From Phycisphaerae bacterium (lineage in GTDB: Bacteria > Planctomycetota > Phycisphaerae > UBA1845): a stretch of 64,000 nt of DNA. This document shows, one piece after another, positions 20,202 through 29,786 of this stretch. The position numbers were made by a program, and so were the translations under genes. The stretch lies in the NCBI GenBank assembly GCA_963666835.2, contig CAXXGO010000003.1, positions 224,001 through 288,000 of the forward strand. The letters run 5' to 3'. Positions within the stretch are counted from its first letter, which is position 1, and every line of letters begins with the position of its first letter. Under the pieces are notes generated by a model. That model did no database searches. It worked only from the letters and a program-made list of their open reading frames with translations, and was not told the DNA's origin.

Positions 20202-20350
20202 TAAGAAATCCTCGCCAGGAGCATCGGGGTCTGAAGGCTCGCCCATTTTATGTATTATAGGCGCAGTGTCCGCAACCGGATGAGTAAAATTGCCGGTGAA
20301 ATCGGACGTGCGGACGGGAAGCCTGTAGAAAGAGGATCGCGGAAGGCAAA

Positions 20351-22267
20351 GTGAACGAGGCAACATTTGAGAAGCTCGAGTTCGACGAAATCCGTAACAC
20401 GCTGGCCGACCACTGCGCCAGCGCTCTGGGGAAGCGGCTCGCGCGCACGATCTCGCCGGCCGTCAAGTCCCATCTTGTGCGAGAGTGGCTCGACCAGGTT
20501 CGCGAGCTGATCAGAGTTGCGGATGAACATTCAATGCCGCCGTTCGGGGGCATACACGATATTCGCGAGTCGGTACGGGCGTCGGCGTTTCCCACTCCGC
20601 TCGAGCCTGAGCAGCTTGCTGAGGTGGCCGAGACCCTGGCGGCCACCGCTGAGGTTTGTGTTTGGTTCGAGCGGATCGGTGATGACGCGCCGGCCATGCG
20701 GAAGCTCTCGCAACGAATCGATGACCTTAGTCCCTTGGCAGCCATCATCAATGAGGCGATTGATTCGCGGGGGTGCGTGCGCGACTACGCCAGCCAGAAG
20801 CTTAGCTCGATTCGCCGGACGATCGAGCATGCCCGGGATCGCACGAAACGCGTGTTCGACCGGATTCTCCGGCAGAATAGTCTGGCGCGGATGCTGCAGT
20901 ACTCCAGTACGACATTCCATGGTGATCGGATGGTGCTGCCGCTCAAGGCGGAGTATCGCGGGCGTATTCCGGGCATCGTCCATCGAACTTCCGACAGCGG
21001 TTCGACCCTGTTCGTGGAGCCATCCGAATCCGTCGAGCTCAATAACGCGATAGTTCGCCTTCGCGACGAGGAAAGCAAGGAGGTTACGCGGATCCTGCGC
21101 GAACTCAGCCAACGACTGCAGCGCAGCTCTCGGGCGATCCTGAGCACTATGCAGGCTATTGCCATACTCGATCTGATCGCGGCGAAGTGCCGCTACGCCA
21201 AGAAACGAAAGTGCGTATGCCCCGAGATCAACGACGAGGGCGTATTAGATCTGCACCAAGCTCGGCATCCCGTGTTGGTTGAGTTGTTCGAGCGGGAGGC
21301 TCGGGAAGAAGGGAGCGTAGCGCGTGAGGTCGTTCCGATCGACGTGCGGCTGGGGGACGATTTCGATGTTCTCGTGGTCACCGGACCCAATACGGGCGGA
21401 AAGACCGTTGCGATCAAAATGGTTGGGCTGATGGCGCTTATGACCCAATGCGGCATCCCCATCCCCGCCGAGGCAGGGGCGCGAATGCCCGTCTACAAGA
21501 ACATCTACATCGACATCGGGGACGAGCAGAGCCTCCAACAATCGCTCAGTACGTTCAGTTCACATCTGGCGACTCTGCTGGATGTGCTTCGCCGAAGCGG
21601 TCCGAAGTCGCTGGTGTTGATAGACGAGTTGGGCGCGGGAACCGATCCGGATGAAGGGGCGGCTATCGGTCAGACGATCATCACCGAACTGCTGGACCTT
21701 AAGGCCATGGCGATTGCGACCACGCACCTTTCCGTGCTGAAAGCTATCGCCTTCACGACCGCCCGGGTCGACAACGCGGCGGTCGAGTTTGACCCGGAAA
21801 CCCTCAAACCCACGTACCATCTGCGCGTGGGAGAGCCGGGCAACAGCAACGCCCTGATCATCGCTAAACGCCTGGGTATGCCGGCCAGAATGGTCAAGCG
21901 GGCTAAGCGCTGCCTGGCCGATCGGACCAGCGCGTTGAATCGCGCAATTGCCGGAACGTTGGACTCCCGTCGTCAGGCGGAAGCGGCGCGGAAGTCATCG
22001 CGCGAAACTCAGCTCGAAGCCGAACGTCAGCGCGAGAAATACGTCAGGGATCACGAAGAACTGAGTCAAACGAAGAAGGCGTTTGAGGCATGGACCACGT
22101 GGGTGGCTACCTTGGGCCCGGGTGACGACGTATACATTCAATCGTTGGACCGGCCGGCAAAGGTCGTGCGGATGCAACTCCACAAACAGCGGGCTCTGGT
22201 TTCCGCCGGAGCGATGGAGATAGAGGTTCCCCTGAAGGACATCCTAGTGCCTCCCGTCGAATCTTAG
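20351..22267 (+). CDS. mutS2: MutS2-family ATPase, ending after the KOW-like domain (no Smr)
   Basis: EKLEFDEI, SDSGSTLFVEP, ARHPVL, TGPNTGGKT, QSLSTFSSH, DELGAGTDPDEG, GNSNA. Confidence 0.9.
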   Translation: MNEATFEKLEFDEIRNTLADHCASALGKRLARTISPAVKSHLVREWLDQVRELIRVADEHSMPPFGGIHDIRESVRASAFPTPLEPEQLAEVAETLAATAEVCVWFERIGDDAPAMRKLSQRIDDLSPLAAIINEAIDSRGCVRDYASQKLSSIRRTIEHARDRTKRVFDRILRQNSLARMLQYSSTTFHGDRMVLPLKAEYRGRIPGIVHRTSDSGSTLFVEPSESVELNNAIVRLRDEESKEVTRILRELSQRLQRSSRAILSTMQAIAILDLIAAKCRYAKKRKCVCPEINDEGVLDLHQARHPVLVELFEREAREEGSVAREVVPIDVRLGDDFDVLVVTGPNTGGKTVAIKMVGLMALMTQCGIPIPAEAGARMPVYKNIYIDIGDEQSLQQSLSTFSSHLATLLDVLRRSGPKSLVLIDELGAGTDPDEGAAIGQTIITELLDLKAMAIATTHLSVLKAIAFTTARVDNAAVEFDPETLKPTYHLRVGEPGNSNALIIAKRLGMPARMVKRAKRCLADRTSALNRAIAGTLDSRRQAEAARKSSRETQLEAERQREKYVRDHEELSQTKKAFEAWTTWVATLGPGDDVYIQSLDRPAKVVRMQLHKQRALVSAGAMEIEVPLKDILVPPVES

Positions 22268-22319
22268 CCTGCGTGCGGGCGGTTAATCCTAGGGGCCGCC
22301 AACCGGGTCGGCGGATCAG

Positions 22320-22622
22320 TCATCCGGTTAGCGTCAACAGCTCGGCCACCTTTTCCTCGTAAGCATCTAAGGCAGTATTAGCGTTCTTGAGCTGGTGGTC
22401 CTTCTCCAGGATTTCCGGAGTGCGTCCGAGGTACCCGCCCACGGCACCGAACAGCGCTATTAGTGCCGAAAGGACCGTCTGTTGCAGTTTGTTGGTTTCT
22501 TTTGAAGGGCGGAAGATCGTAGCGACAATCACGACCGTGGCGCACACCAGAATCAGCGCCAAGATGAACCACGGCGCCCATGAGACGCCCGCCGGCAGGT
22601 TGAGGTTGTTGAGTTCACTCAT
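22320..22622 (-). CDS. Small 2-TM protein with C-terminal coiled coil
   Basis: GGAG RBS; two hydrophobic segments; heptad tail. Confidence 0.6.
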   Translation of the reverse strand: MSELNNLNLPAGVSWAPWFILALILVCATVVIVATIFRPSKETNKLQQTVLSALIALFGAVGGYLGRTPEILEKDHQLKNANTALDAYEEKVAELLTLTG

Positions 22623-22728
22623 TCGTGGCTCCCTCCAATCGATAGTGCCGTCCGATGACAATAGCGCGACATTGTAATTTGTGCCGCCGGCAAGCCGGTC
22701 GCTTGGATCATGCAGCCGCGCCGCCTGG

Positions 22729-23250
22729 TCACGCCCCGAGGAAGATCGCTTTAAGAGCGGTCCCTGCGATTTCCTTGGCCGCCTTCTTCAGCAGGTCCCC
22801 TAAGAGCCGTTCCTGCCACCCGGATTCGATCAGGCAGCCGTTGGAAACCTTCTGCCCGTCCCATACGGGTTTGTCTCGACAGCCCGGAGGTTCGTCATGC
22901 CAAGCCATGACGATATTCCCGTTATTGCTTTTGAAGAGGTGAATCACCCGCGTGAAAGTGTAACTTCCATGCGTTCCTCGATAGAACGCTACCCATTGTT
23001 CTTTGCCGTTCTTGGCAGTCCAAACGTCGATTTCGACGGCGTGATCCGTACGCTTCACGCTTTTGGCCGGGCAGTCCCAGTAGTTCTGCGGCATTTCGAC
23101 CCATGGCCTGAATTGGCCTCGGTCATGTACCCGCATTCGAAACTTCAGATCCGTCTGATTGTGGCATTTGAATGACACCGCCTGGGCTTCGTTTGTTACC
23201 CCCAACGAGCATGCCGCCAGCAATAACCCTCCGAGTAGGTTGACTCGCAT
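22729..23250 (-). CDS. Secreted hypothetical protein with Cys pairs and cationic amphipathic C-terminal helix
   Basis: AAGGAG RBS; signal peptide ending AQA; tail LLGDLLKKAAKEIAGTALKAIFLGA. Confidence 0.7.
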   Translation of the reverse strand: MRVNLLGGLLLAACSLGVTNEAQAVSFKCHNQTDLKFRMRVHDRGQFRPWVEMPQNYWDCPAKSVKRTDHAVEIDVWTAKNGKEQWVAFYRGTHGSYTFTRVIHLFKSNNGNIVMAWHDEPPGCRDKPVWDGQKVSNGCLIESGWQERLLGDLLKKAAKEIAGTALKAIFLGA

Positions 23251-23542
23251 TTGACACTCCTTGTCTTTGCCCTGAATCCGATTTGCAGTATCCGGCGCCG
23301 GAGACTTTCTACGCTGCGCTGCGCACTGTCAAGCTCCGTTCTCCGAAAACCGGGCACGCTGAGGGTGATGGTCGCGTGAGGCGGGATCGGATGCGTGGCG
23401 CTTCGTTTCATTGCGCATGCTTGTGGCACATGGCGCGTTGCGAACACGAACGTCATAGAGCCATAATAGAGACCGAATCGAGGCGTCGCATCGGATGGTC
23501 GAACGCAAGCGCGGAGCCTCGCCCGTAAGTTGCCTCTGTTGC

Positions 23543-24055
23543 CTATCGGCGGTGATTGAATCCGAGACGGCGGATCCACCCTATCGGAAGCACGGCTGGA
23601 GTGCGTCGGCGGTAGGCGCGGTACTCGTCGCCAAACCGCTCGGCGAGGTAATCTTCCTCCGTGCGAATCAGCAGCCTCATGACGACGTAGAGGACCACGG
23701 GTATCGCCAGGAAGATCCACGAATCGAGCAGAAGAGACAATCCCGGCAATATCAGGGTAATCCACGCGCCGTAGATTGGATGTCGACAGACGCGGAACGG
23801 CCCGGTGGTACACAGCCGCCCGCGCGTGAAAGCCCGCATGGCGGTTACGGCTCCGGTGACGTAGAGGATCAACCCGAGGACTGCCGCGATGATGCCGATG
23901 GCCAGACGGACCGAGGTCGGGAGAATGTCGATGCGAAATCGGTCAGGAGCGTAGATGCCCAGCCCGATCAACGGGGCGCAAAGAGCAGCGGAGTAGGCGG
24001 CCAGCTTCAGGCCTATACCCCAGCGGGTCATTGGCGTGTTTGAGTCGTCGGCCAT
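23543..24055 (-). CDS. Isoprenylcysteine carboxyl methyltransferase / PEMT family membrane protein
   Basis: TTGPFRVCRHPIY and EEDYLAERFGDEYRAYRRRTP motifs. Confidence 0.9.
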   Translation of the reverse strand: MADDSNTPMTRWGIGLKLAAYSAALCAPLIGLGIYAPDRFRIDILPTSVRLAIGIIAAVLGLILYVTGAVTAMRAFTRGRLCTTGPFRVCRHPIYGAWITLILPGLSLLLDSWIFLAIPVVLYVVMRLLIRTEEDYLAERFGDEYRAYRRRTPAVLPIGWIRRLGFNHRR

Positions 24056-24091
24056 TGCTCCCTCGATCTCCTCCTCCGGCAGGTATGACGT

Positions 24092-25246
24092 TCAGCTTTC
24101 GCAGAAGTCGGCGACAATACGCTCCAGCAGCCGCGCGGCTTCGGCAAACTCCCGCTTGCCCAGCGATTCGTTCGGGCGGTGGGCTACTTCGATCGTCCCC
24201 GGGCCGAATAGCACGCAATCCAGGCCCAAGCGCTGAAGCGCGCCGGCATCCGTTGCGTAGGAAGCCCCGAACGACTCCGTCTGTCCGAGCATATCACACA
24301 AATGACGGTGGATCGGCGCATCGTCGCCGGTCAGCATCGGCGCGCTCTCGCTGATTACGTCGAACGAGCAGCCGTCAAGATCGCCGCAATCTCTGATGGC
24401 GGTCTCAATACGGGTGAGCAGTGGGCCCGACTCCATGCCGGGCATAAGCCGTGCTCCGAACCGTAACTCGCAGCGGTCGGGGACGATGTTCAAAGCGGTT
24501 CCGCCGGAGATCATGGCCTGGACCAGGGCGACGAAGGGGGTCTCGGGGAAGTATTCACTGTTTTCCGGGCGTTCGTTGCGAAGCTCGCGGGCCAGTTTGG
24601 ACAAAGCGGTGATCACCGGGCCGGCCGGCTCGATTGCGTTGATGCCGAGGTCGGGGAATCCGCTGTGGGCGCTTTTGCCGTGGAAGACGATCCGCATCTT
24701 CAGGTAACCCTTGTGCATACGGATCACTCGAAGCGAGGTCGGCTCTCCGATGATCGCGCTTTGCGGAAGGGGGAAGGGGGCCTGCCACGTATCTGCAACA
24801 TGCTGAGCTCCGAGCGTACCGAGTTCTTCATCGTACGTGAGGATCAAGACCAGCGGCCGGGCCAGGCCACGGCCGGCGGCGCGCCGAGCGGCGTTGATAG
24901 CGAGTGCGAGGAAGCCCTTCATGTCGGCCACGCCGCGACCTACGAAGGACTCTTCAGTTTCAAGCAAGTTGAACGGATCGCTCTGCCATTGGGGCTCGGC
25001 TGCGGGCACTACATCCATGTGCCCGGAAAGCACCAGCCCGTTGCGATTATCGTCGTTCCGCCCGCTAACCCGGATGATCAGATTGACCTTTGCGTGGTCG
25101 TCGTTTTCGTTGCGGCTAATCTCGATCGCGGATCCACCGAGGTAGTCGCAGATGAAATCGGCAATCGGAAGATTGCTCTTCTCGCTGGTGGAATCGAAGG
25201 CGACGAGCTTGCCGAGAAGCTGCGAATCTGTGAGTAACGTAGCCAT
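24092..25246 (-). CDS. argE: Acetylornithine deacetylase (M20 family)
   Basis: LSGHMDVVP, GRGVADMKG, YDEELG, GEPT, SAHS, YATDA, GPG..AH. Confidence 0.88.
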   Translation of the reverse strand: MATLLTDSQLLGKLVAFDSTSEKSNLPIADFICDYLGGSAIEISRNENDDHAKVNLIIRVSGRNDDNRNGLVLSGHMDVVPAAEPQWQSDPFNLLETEESFVGRGVADMKGFLALAINAARRAAGRGLARPLVLILTYDEELGTLGAQHVADTWQAPFPLPQSAIIGEPTSLRVIRMHKGYLKMRIVFHGKSAHSGFPDLGINAIEPAGPVITALSKLARELRNERPENSEYFPETPFVALVQAMISGGTALNIVPDRCELRFGARLMPGMESGPLLTRIETAIRDCGDLDGCSFDVISESAPMLTGDDAPIHRHLCDMLGQTESFGASYATDAGALQRLGLDCVLFGPGTIEVAHRPNESLGKREFAEAARLLERIVADFCES

Positions 25247-25456
25247 AATGGCGGGATGTTAGCCTGTTTGGAGGCATCTGTCTGCAGAAGACGGAGGAGC
25301 CTCCACGTTGCCGCATCCCGTGCCCCCGAGGGGCGCATGAATCTCACCTGGTCTCGGTGACGCTACGCGCAGCGGGGGCGAGCAGACCGCAATGATGCAG
25401 GTGCCCTACACCTGCCGACGCTGCCCGACAGAGAGGCCGCCGTACTGATAGGGCAC

Positions 25457-25557
25457 CGCAGGCGGGTGTAGGGCATGGTCGAGGAACGAGACCTGCCGTT
25501 GGTCTTCGCGCTACGCGCGCTATTGTGGCAGGTCTCGTACCTCGACCGTGCCCTACG
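25457..25557. repeat. 101-bp unit (inverted pair of GTAG-type REPs), copy 1
   Basis: GTAGGGCATGGTCGAGGAACGAGACCTGCC...GGCAGGTCTCGTACCTCGACCGTGCCCTAC; one mismatch to 27423..27523. Confidence 0.9.
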
Positions 25558-25745
25558 GGTGTGCCAACTGGGTGGCATCGGTCAACTTGGTGACCCGTGG
25601 AGTGTGGCGCGCTGCCGCGCATCAGTACCACGACCGTCAGGGAGTGGCCATCGTGCGTCGGTGCAGCACAACGGATCGGTCGAGGGCCGCTCGTTGACAC
25701 TCGCGGTACCGATTGCGTGGGTCTTCGCGCGATATGCATGGTTGC

Positions 25746-25774
25746 GGCAGGTCTCGTTCCTCGACCTGCCCTAC
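25746..25774 (-). repeat. Single GTAG-type REP
   Basis: GGCAGGTCTCGTTCCTCGACCTGCCCTAC. Confidence 0.8.
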
Positions 25775-25788
25775 AAGTGGGCCACGCA

Positions 25789-27222
25789 TTACGGGGCCTT
25801 GCGCGTTGAGAAAGCCAGCTTGCTCAGGGTCATCAGCAGCAGGGTCAGTACGACTAGGCCCCAGGTTGAGACGGTGGGGATGTACTGGGTGCAGTCGGGG
25901 ATCCCGTTGTTGTCGTGGTCGTAGCGGTCGTCGAGGCCTTCGCATTGGTCGATGCAGTCCGGGACGGTATCATCGTCCGCATCGAGGTAGTCGCTTACTC
26001 CGCAGCCGCAGATTCCCGGTTCGATCTTGTCCGGGTCGTTCTTGCAGGCGTCGAGGCAGTCCAGGGTCCCGTCGTTGTCTGAATCGATGTCCGGGCTGCT
26101 GCACCCGCATACGCCCGGCTCGAATTTATCGCCGTTGCCGGGGCAGGCATCACCGCAGCTCCCGTCCACGCCGTCGCCGTCGGCATCGCCTTCACACGCG
26201 GTCAGCTCGCCTTGGGGGACGCCGCCGGCAGCCGTACAGTCTTCCGCCGTGAGGTTTGTGCAGCTACCGTCTGCCTGGCAACAGGCCTCCACGGTTCCGT
26301 AGGCGTACTGGACCACATTGACCGCTGCGCCGTCGTCGAAGGTGAACGTGGTGGTCTCGCCCCGAGTCAGTGGACGGTCCAGGACGACCTGCACGGTATC
26401 GACGTCGTATTCCTCCAGCCGCAGCACTTGGGTGACTACGGGCACGGGTCCGCCCGTAACCCCCACGGCGATCTCGTCAGTGTACACGCTGTTGGCCGAG
26501 TCGAAGGTCACGCTGAACCGATCGAGACCGGGATAGGTGGCGGGGTGAACCTCGCCGGCGGGTGGATCGGTCACAATGATCTGCTCTCCAAGCGAAACGG
26601 TCCCATACCTCAACGCGTCCCACTCGTGCGTCTTGTTGGTGGTCCAATCCCCGCAGGAGTTCCGCCCGGTGAGCTGCACGTATGCCATAGTCTCTGCGCA
26701 TTCTATGGCGCGCTCGACAAACACAATGCCGTCGACCGAATACCGGTAGTTGAAGCCGTCGAGACTCTCGAACCGGTAGGTGTGGAATCCGTCGATATCG
26801 AGGCCCGTAATCGAACCGGCTCCAGACGGCGAGAAGGCCGAATCACCGTAGATGTTGATGTAGTCGTGGCTCTTGCGGAAGACCACGGAGAGCTGCGCGT
26901 CGCATGACGTCCAGATGGGTCCGACTGCCGAATTGGACCGGAGACGCCACTCAACCCAAAGGCTCGGTGGCTGCACCTCGCCCATTCTGGTAATATAGCG
27001 GTGGTAATTGGCCAACCCGCAACAGCCTGCCCAATGAAGGATGAAATGGCCGCCCTCCAGGTTCTCGCTGCACGGATCTTCGCACTCCTGGAAGATCAAC
27101 CAGCCTTCCGAAGGATCGTACGGCAATACGTCGCCCTCGTAGCGGTATAAGACCTCGTCGGCAGGGACGGACGCGGATGAAAACACAAGAACAACAACTA
27201 ACAACGACGAACGCCAGGGCAT
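25789..27222 (-). CDS. Secreted protein with thrombospondin type-3 Ca-binding repeats and IPTL-CTERM sorting signal
   Basis: GGAGGGAGG RBS; signal peptide; DxDxDGxxDC.DxCxxDxxKxEPGxCGC repeats; IPTVSTWGLVVLTLLLMTLSKLAFSTRK tail. Confidence 0.88.
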   Translation of the reverse strand: MPWRSSLLVVVLVFSSASVPADEVLYRYEGDVLPYDPSEGWLIFQECEDPCSENLEGGHFILHWAGCCGLANYHRYITRMGEVQPPSLWVEWRLRSNSAVGPIWTSCDAQLSVVFRKSHDYINIYGDSAFSPSGAGSITGLDIDGFHTYRFESLDGFNYRYSVDGIVFVERAIECAETMAYVQLTGRNSCGDWTTNKTHEWDALRYGTVSLGEQIIVTDPPAGEVHPATYPGLDRFSVTFDSANSVYTDEIAVGVTGGPVPVVTQVLRLEEYDVDTVQVVLDRPLTRGETTTFTFDDGAAVNVVQYAYGTVEACCQADGSCTNLTAEDCTAAGGVPQGELTACEGDADGDGVDGSCGDACPGNGDKFEPGVCGCSSPDIDSDNDGTLDCLDACKNDPDKIEPGICGCGVSDYLDADDDTVPDCIDQCEGLDDRYDHDNNGIPDCTQYIPTVSTWGLVVLTLLLMTLSKLAFSTRKAP

Positions 27223-27422
27223 GACCTACCTCCCTCCATAGAAGACCACCCACCACGGTATCCGATTGCGACGCCCGCGTCAAGATAAACTGACAATTTG
27301 GTAGTGGGCAGATTGTTGCTCGGTCGGTACCGCGACCGCGAAGAACTGGCCACGGTGCGTTGGTAGGCGGCCGCGTATCGCTCGTGGGCGGGTTGCTTAC
27401 GCTCGCCGTACCGATGGGGCAG

Positions 27423-27523
27423 CGCAGGCGGGTGTAGGGCATGGTCGAGGAACGAGACCTGCCGTTGGTCTTCGCGCTACGCGCGCTATTGTGGCAGGTC
27501 TCGTGCCTCGACCGTGCCCTACG
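27423..27523. repeat. 101-bp unit (inverted pair of GTAG-type REPs), copy 2
   Basis: Direct repeat of 25457..25557 with one A/G mismatch. Confidence 0.9.
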
Positions 27524-27550
27524 AGGTCTTCGCACGACGCAAGCCATCTC

Positions 27551-27860
27551 GGCAGGTCTCGTGCCTCGATTGGGCCGCGAGTCAAGCCCCTTGGGGCGAC
27601 AGGTCCTTTTAGCCCCATGGCGTAAGCCTGGGGGAACCGTGCGGCCGCCTCGCGCCAAGCCCCCTCGGGGGCGGCACAAGACATCGAGGTTTGGATCGGA
27701 CGCCGGTGATTCAACATCATAAGAGGAATACGTTGGCGCCGGCCGGGACCTCTTCGAATGCCGAAGTGCCGCCCCGGGGCGGGGCTGGGGTTGACGTACG
27801 ACGCGATCCCGCGGCTGACGCCACGGGCTGGGCAGAGCTGTCGCCCTGACGGGCTGGTTC
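27551..27860. repeat. Cluster of other short GC-rich palindromes plus a partial REP
   Basis: GCCCCTTGGGGC, GCCCCCTCGGGGGC, CGCCCCGGGGCG, CCCGCGGCTGACGCCACGGG. Confidence 0.55.
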
Positions 27861-27915
27861 CGCGGGCCACCCGCGTGGCACATATTCGTGCGACTCGAGC
27901 CATTGCGGCCTTGAT

Positions 27916-28256
27916 GGCAGGTCTCCTTCCTCGACCGTGCCCTACGTGGTCCTCGCGCGACGCGCACCGTTGCGGCAGGTCTCGTTCCTCGACCGTGCCC
28001 TACGAGTTATGCCAACCGGGTGTCATGGGTCAACTTGTTGACCCATGGAAGTTCAGCGGCAGGTCTCGTTCCTCGACCGCGCCCTACGAGTTATGCCAAC
28101 CGGGTGTCATGGGTCAACTTGTTGACCCGTGGTAGTCCAGCGGCAGGTCTCGTGCCTCGACCGTGCCCTACGGGGGATGCCACCGGGGTGGCATGATGCA
28201 ACGTCTTGACCCGTGGAAGTTCAGCGGCACGTCTCGGGTCTCGGCCGTGGTCTACG
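27916..28256. repeat. REP array / BIME-like: REPs at 27916, 27974, 28058, 28142, 28226 (84-bp period from 27974)
   Basis: Unit = GGCAGGTCTCGTTCCTCGACCGTGCCCTAC + conserved linker holding the palindrome GGGTCAACTTGTTGACCC. Confidence 0.88.
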
Positions 28257-28330
28257 CATACCGGCGCCGGCACGCGCGCGTTAGCCTCGTCACGCGACCA
28301 TGCGGCGACGCGCGCATCTTCGGCGATACG

Positions 28331-29758
28331 TCAGCGACCAGCGGCGGCGGGGCATCTTTCGCGGATTTGCTCGAGCGTTGGGCTGTCCGGCCTCAACGGT
28401 TGCCACAGGTCGCACACGTGCTGCAGGCGGACCGGATCCAGATCGTGGTCGGTCCGAAGTCGGGCCGCCAGGGCGTTGAGGACCTCGTCCAACATGTCGC
28501 GGTGCGCCTGACTGTCGATGCCCGGAGGAAGATCGCGGGCGACTTCCACGGCGACCTCGGCGGCGTTTATAGGATCTTCTCGGGCGGCGGCGCGAAGAGC
28601 TTCCTGAAGGAGCGGCTGGACGAAAGCGACGCCGCGGGCGGAAGACTTCCAGGTTTCGACCAGGGTAGGCCAGTATCGCCGCTGCTCGGGCCAGGGCGTT
28701 GTCCGGAACTGCCCGCGAAGGTGAGATTGAGCCTTCGCCGCGAAGTCTTCGGCGATCATGGACTCCACTTCGTTGCTTGGTGTCGCGGGGCGGAGGGAGC
28801 CCCGTACGCGGACCAGCAGTTCATCGACGGTCGTTTTGTGAATCTCGTCGATGTTGTTGAAGAGTCGGCCGACCCGTTCACATCCTGCGGGAGTCACGTC
28901 GGGGAACGGGCGCGAGGTTCGTGCCGCCAGCGTGATGTTGTCGCCGCACTCCCAGAGCCGGTCAACGAAACGGACCCAGGCCGATTCCGCGATGAACGGC
29001 TCACTCGCGCCGTGCGGATCGATGTACTCCACCGGTTGACCCACGATGCGGGTCTTCGTGAAGTTGGTGGCATCAAAGAGCAGGTGCAGGTCGTGACACC
29101 GTCCGACGGAGAACTTCAAACCGGCCCCGAACGAGACCTTCGATCGTAACGGACCGGGCAGGCCCAATAGCAGAGTCTCGGCAGATTCGAGCCAGCCGTC
29201 TTCTATGTTGACGATAAGTCGGCGGTGTTCAAGAAGCCGCTGCAGAACTCGGCATCGCACCGGCGAGGCCAGCGCCGGATGTAAGGCTGCCTGCTGTTGT
29301 GGTCCGGCGGTGCCTTGTACAGACAGCTCAAGCTCCGGAAGCACCGCAGGTGGCTTGAGCTGGGGTGAAGCGGCGTCTGCCGCGACCATGGCACGTAAGA
29401 CGTTGAATGCGTTATAGCCGCAAGCGCAGAACTCGGCTTCATGAAAGACGACATTGTGGGTGTAGACCCGGTGTCCACCGCGCCCGGTGTGTTCGGCTCC
29501 GGCTAGGCAGGATAGCGCCACGCACAGGCGGCCGCTGGGCAACGCATAGAACGCCGCTCCCACGAGCAATCGATCAGCGTCCGCTCCGGTCGGCGCCGGC
29601 GCGCACATCCCCTCGTGGGAAGGGGAGTTTCGGGTAATGGACTGCTTCTCGTCCGCGCGGAGCCCGGGGCTGGCCGCGACTATGCGGTATCCTTCGCCCA
29701 TGGGCGTGCGGATGGACGTGAAGATGGCCTGGTCACAGGTTAGCGTGGTGGAGGACAT
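28331..29758 (-). CDS. GTPase-associated protein 1 (GAP1-N2-like) domain protein with helical C-terminus
   Basis: CDQAIFTS..GYRIVAASPG..FYALPSGR..GAEHTGRGG.RVYTHNVV, recognised from memory of the family; GAGGG RBS; directly downstream of the GTPase. Confidence 0.72.
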   Translation of the reverse strand: MSSTTLTCDQAIFTSIRTPMGEGYRIVAASPGLRADEKQSITRNSPSHEGMCAPAPTGADADRLLVGAAFYALPSGRLCVALSCLAGAEHTGRGGHRVYTHNVVFHEAEFCACGYNAFNVLRAMVAADAASPQLKPPAVLPELELSVQGTAGPQQQAALHPALASPVRCRVLQRLLEHRRLIVNIEDGWLESAETLLLGLPGPLRSKVSFGAGLKFSVGRCHDLHLLFDATNFTKTRIVGQPVEYIDPHGASEPFIAESAWVRFVDRLWECGDNITLAARTSRPFPDVTPAGCERVGRLFNNIDEIHKTTVDELLVRVRGSLRPATPSNEVESMIAEDFAAKAQSHLRGQFRTTPWPEQRRYWPTLVETWKSSARGVAFVQPLLQEALRAAAREDPINAAEVAVEVARDLPPGIDSQAHRDMLDEVLNALAARLRTDHDLDPVRLQHVCDLWQPLRPDSPTLEQIRERCPAAAGR

Positions 29759-29786
29759 TGGGGTCCCTCGCGTTTGAGCCCTCGAG

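Noticed and set aside
27916..28256. CRISPR array (30-bp repeats at regular spacing)
   Set aside because: The intervening 54-bp sequences are near-identical to each other rather than unique spacers, the repeats also occur inverted and dispersed, and there are no cas genes. It fits GTAG-type REP/BIME.
26951..28273. ORFs across the repeat region (e.g. 26951..27967, 27758..28135), and likewise 25344..25924
   Set aside because: They are translations of REP palindromes; the peptide repeats simply mirror the DNA repeats.
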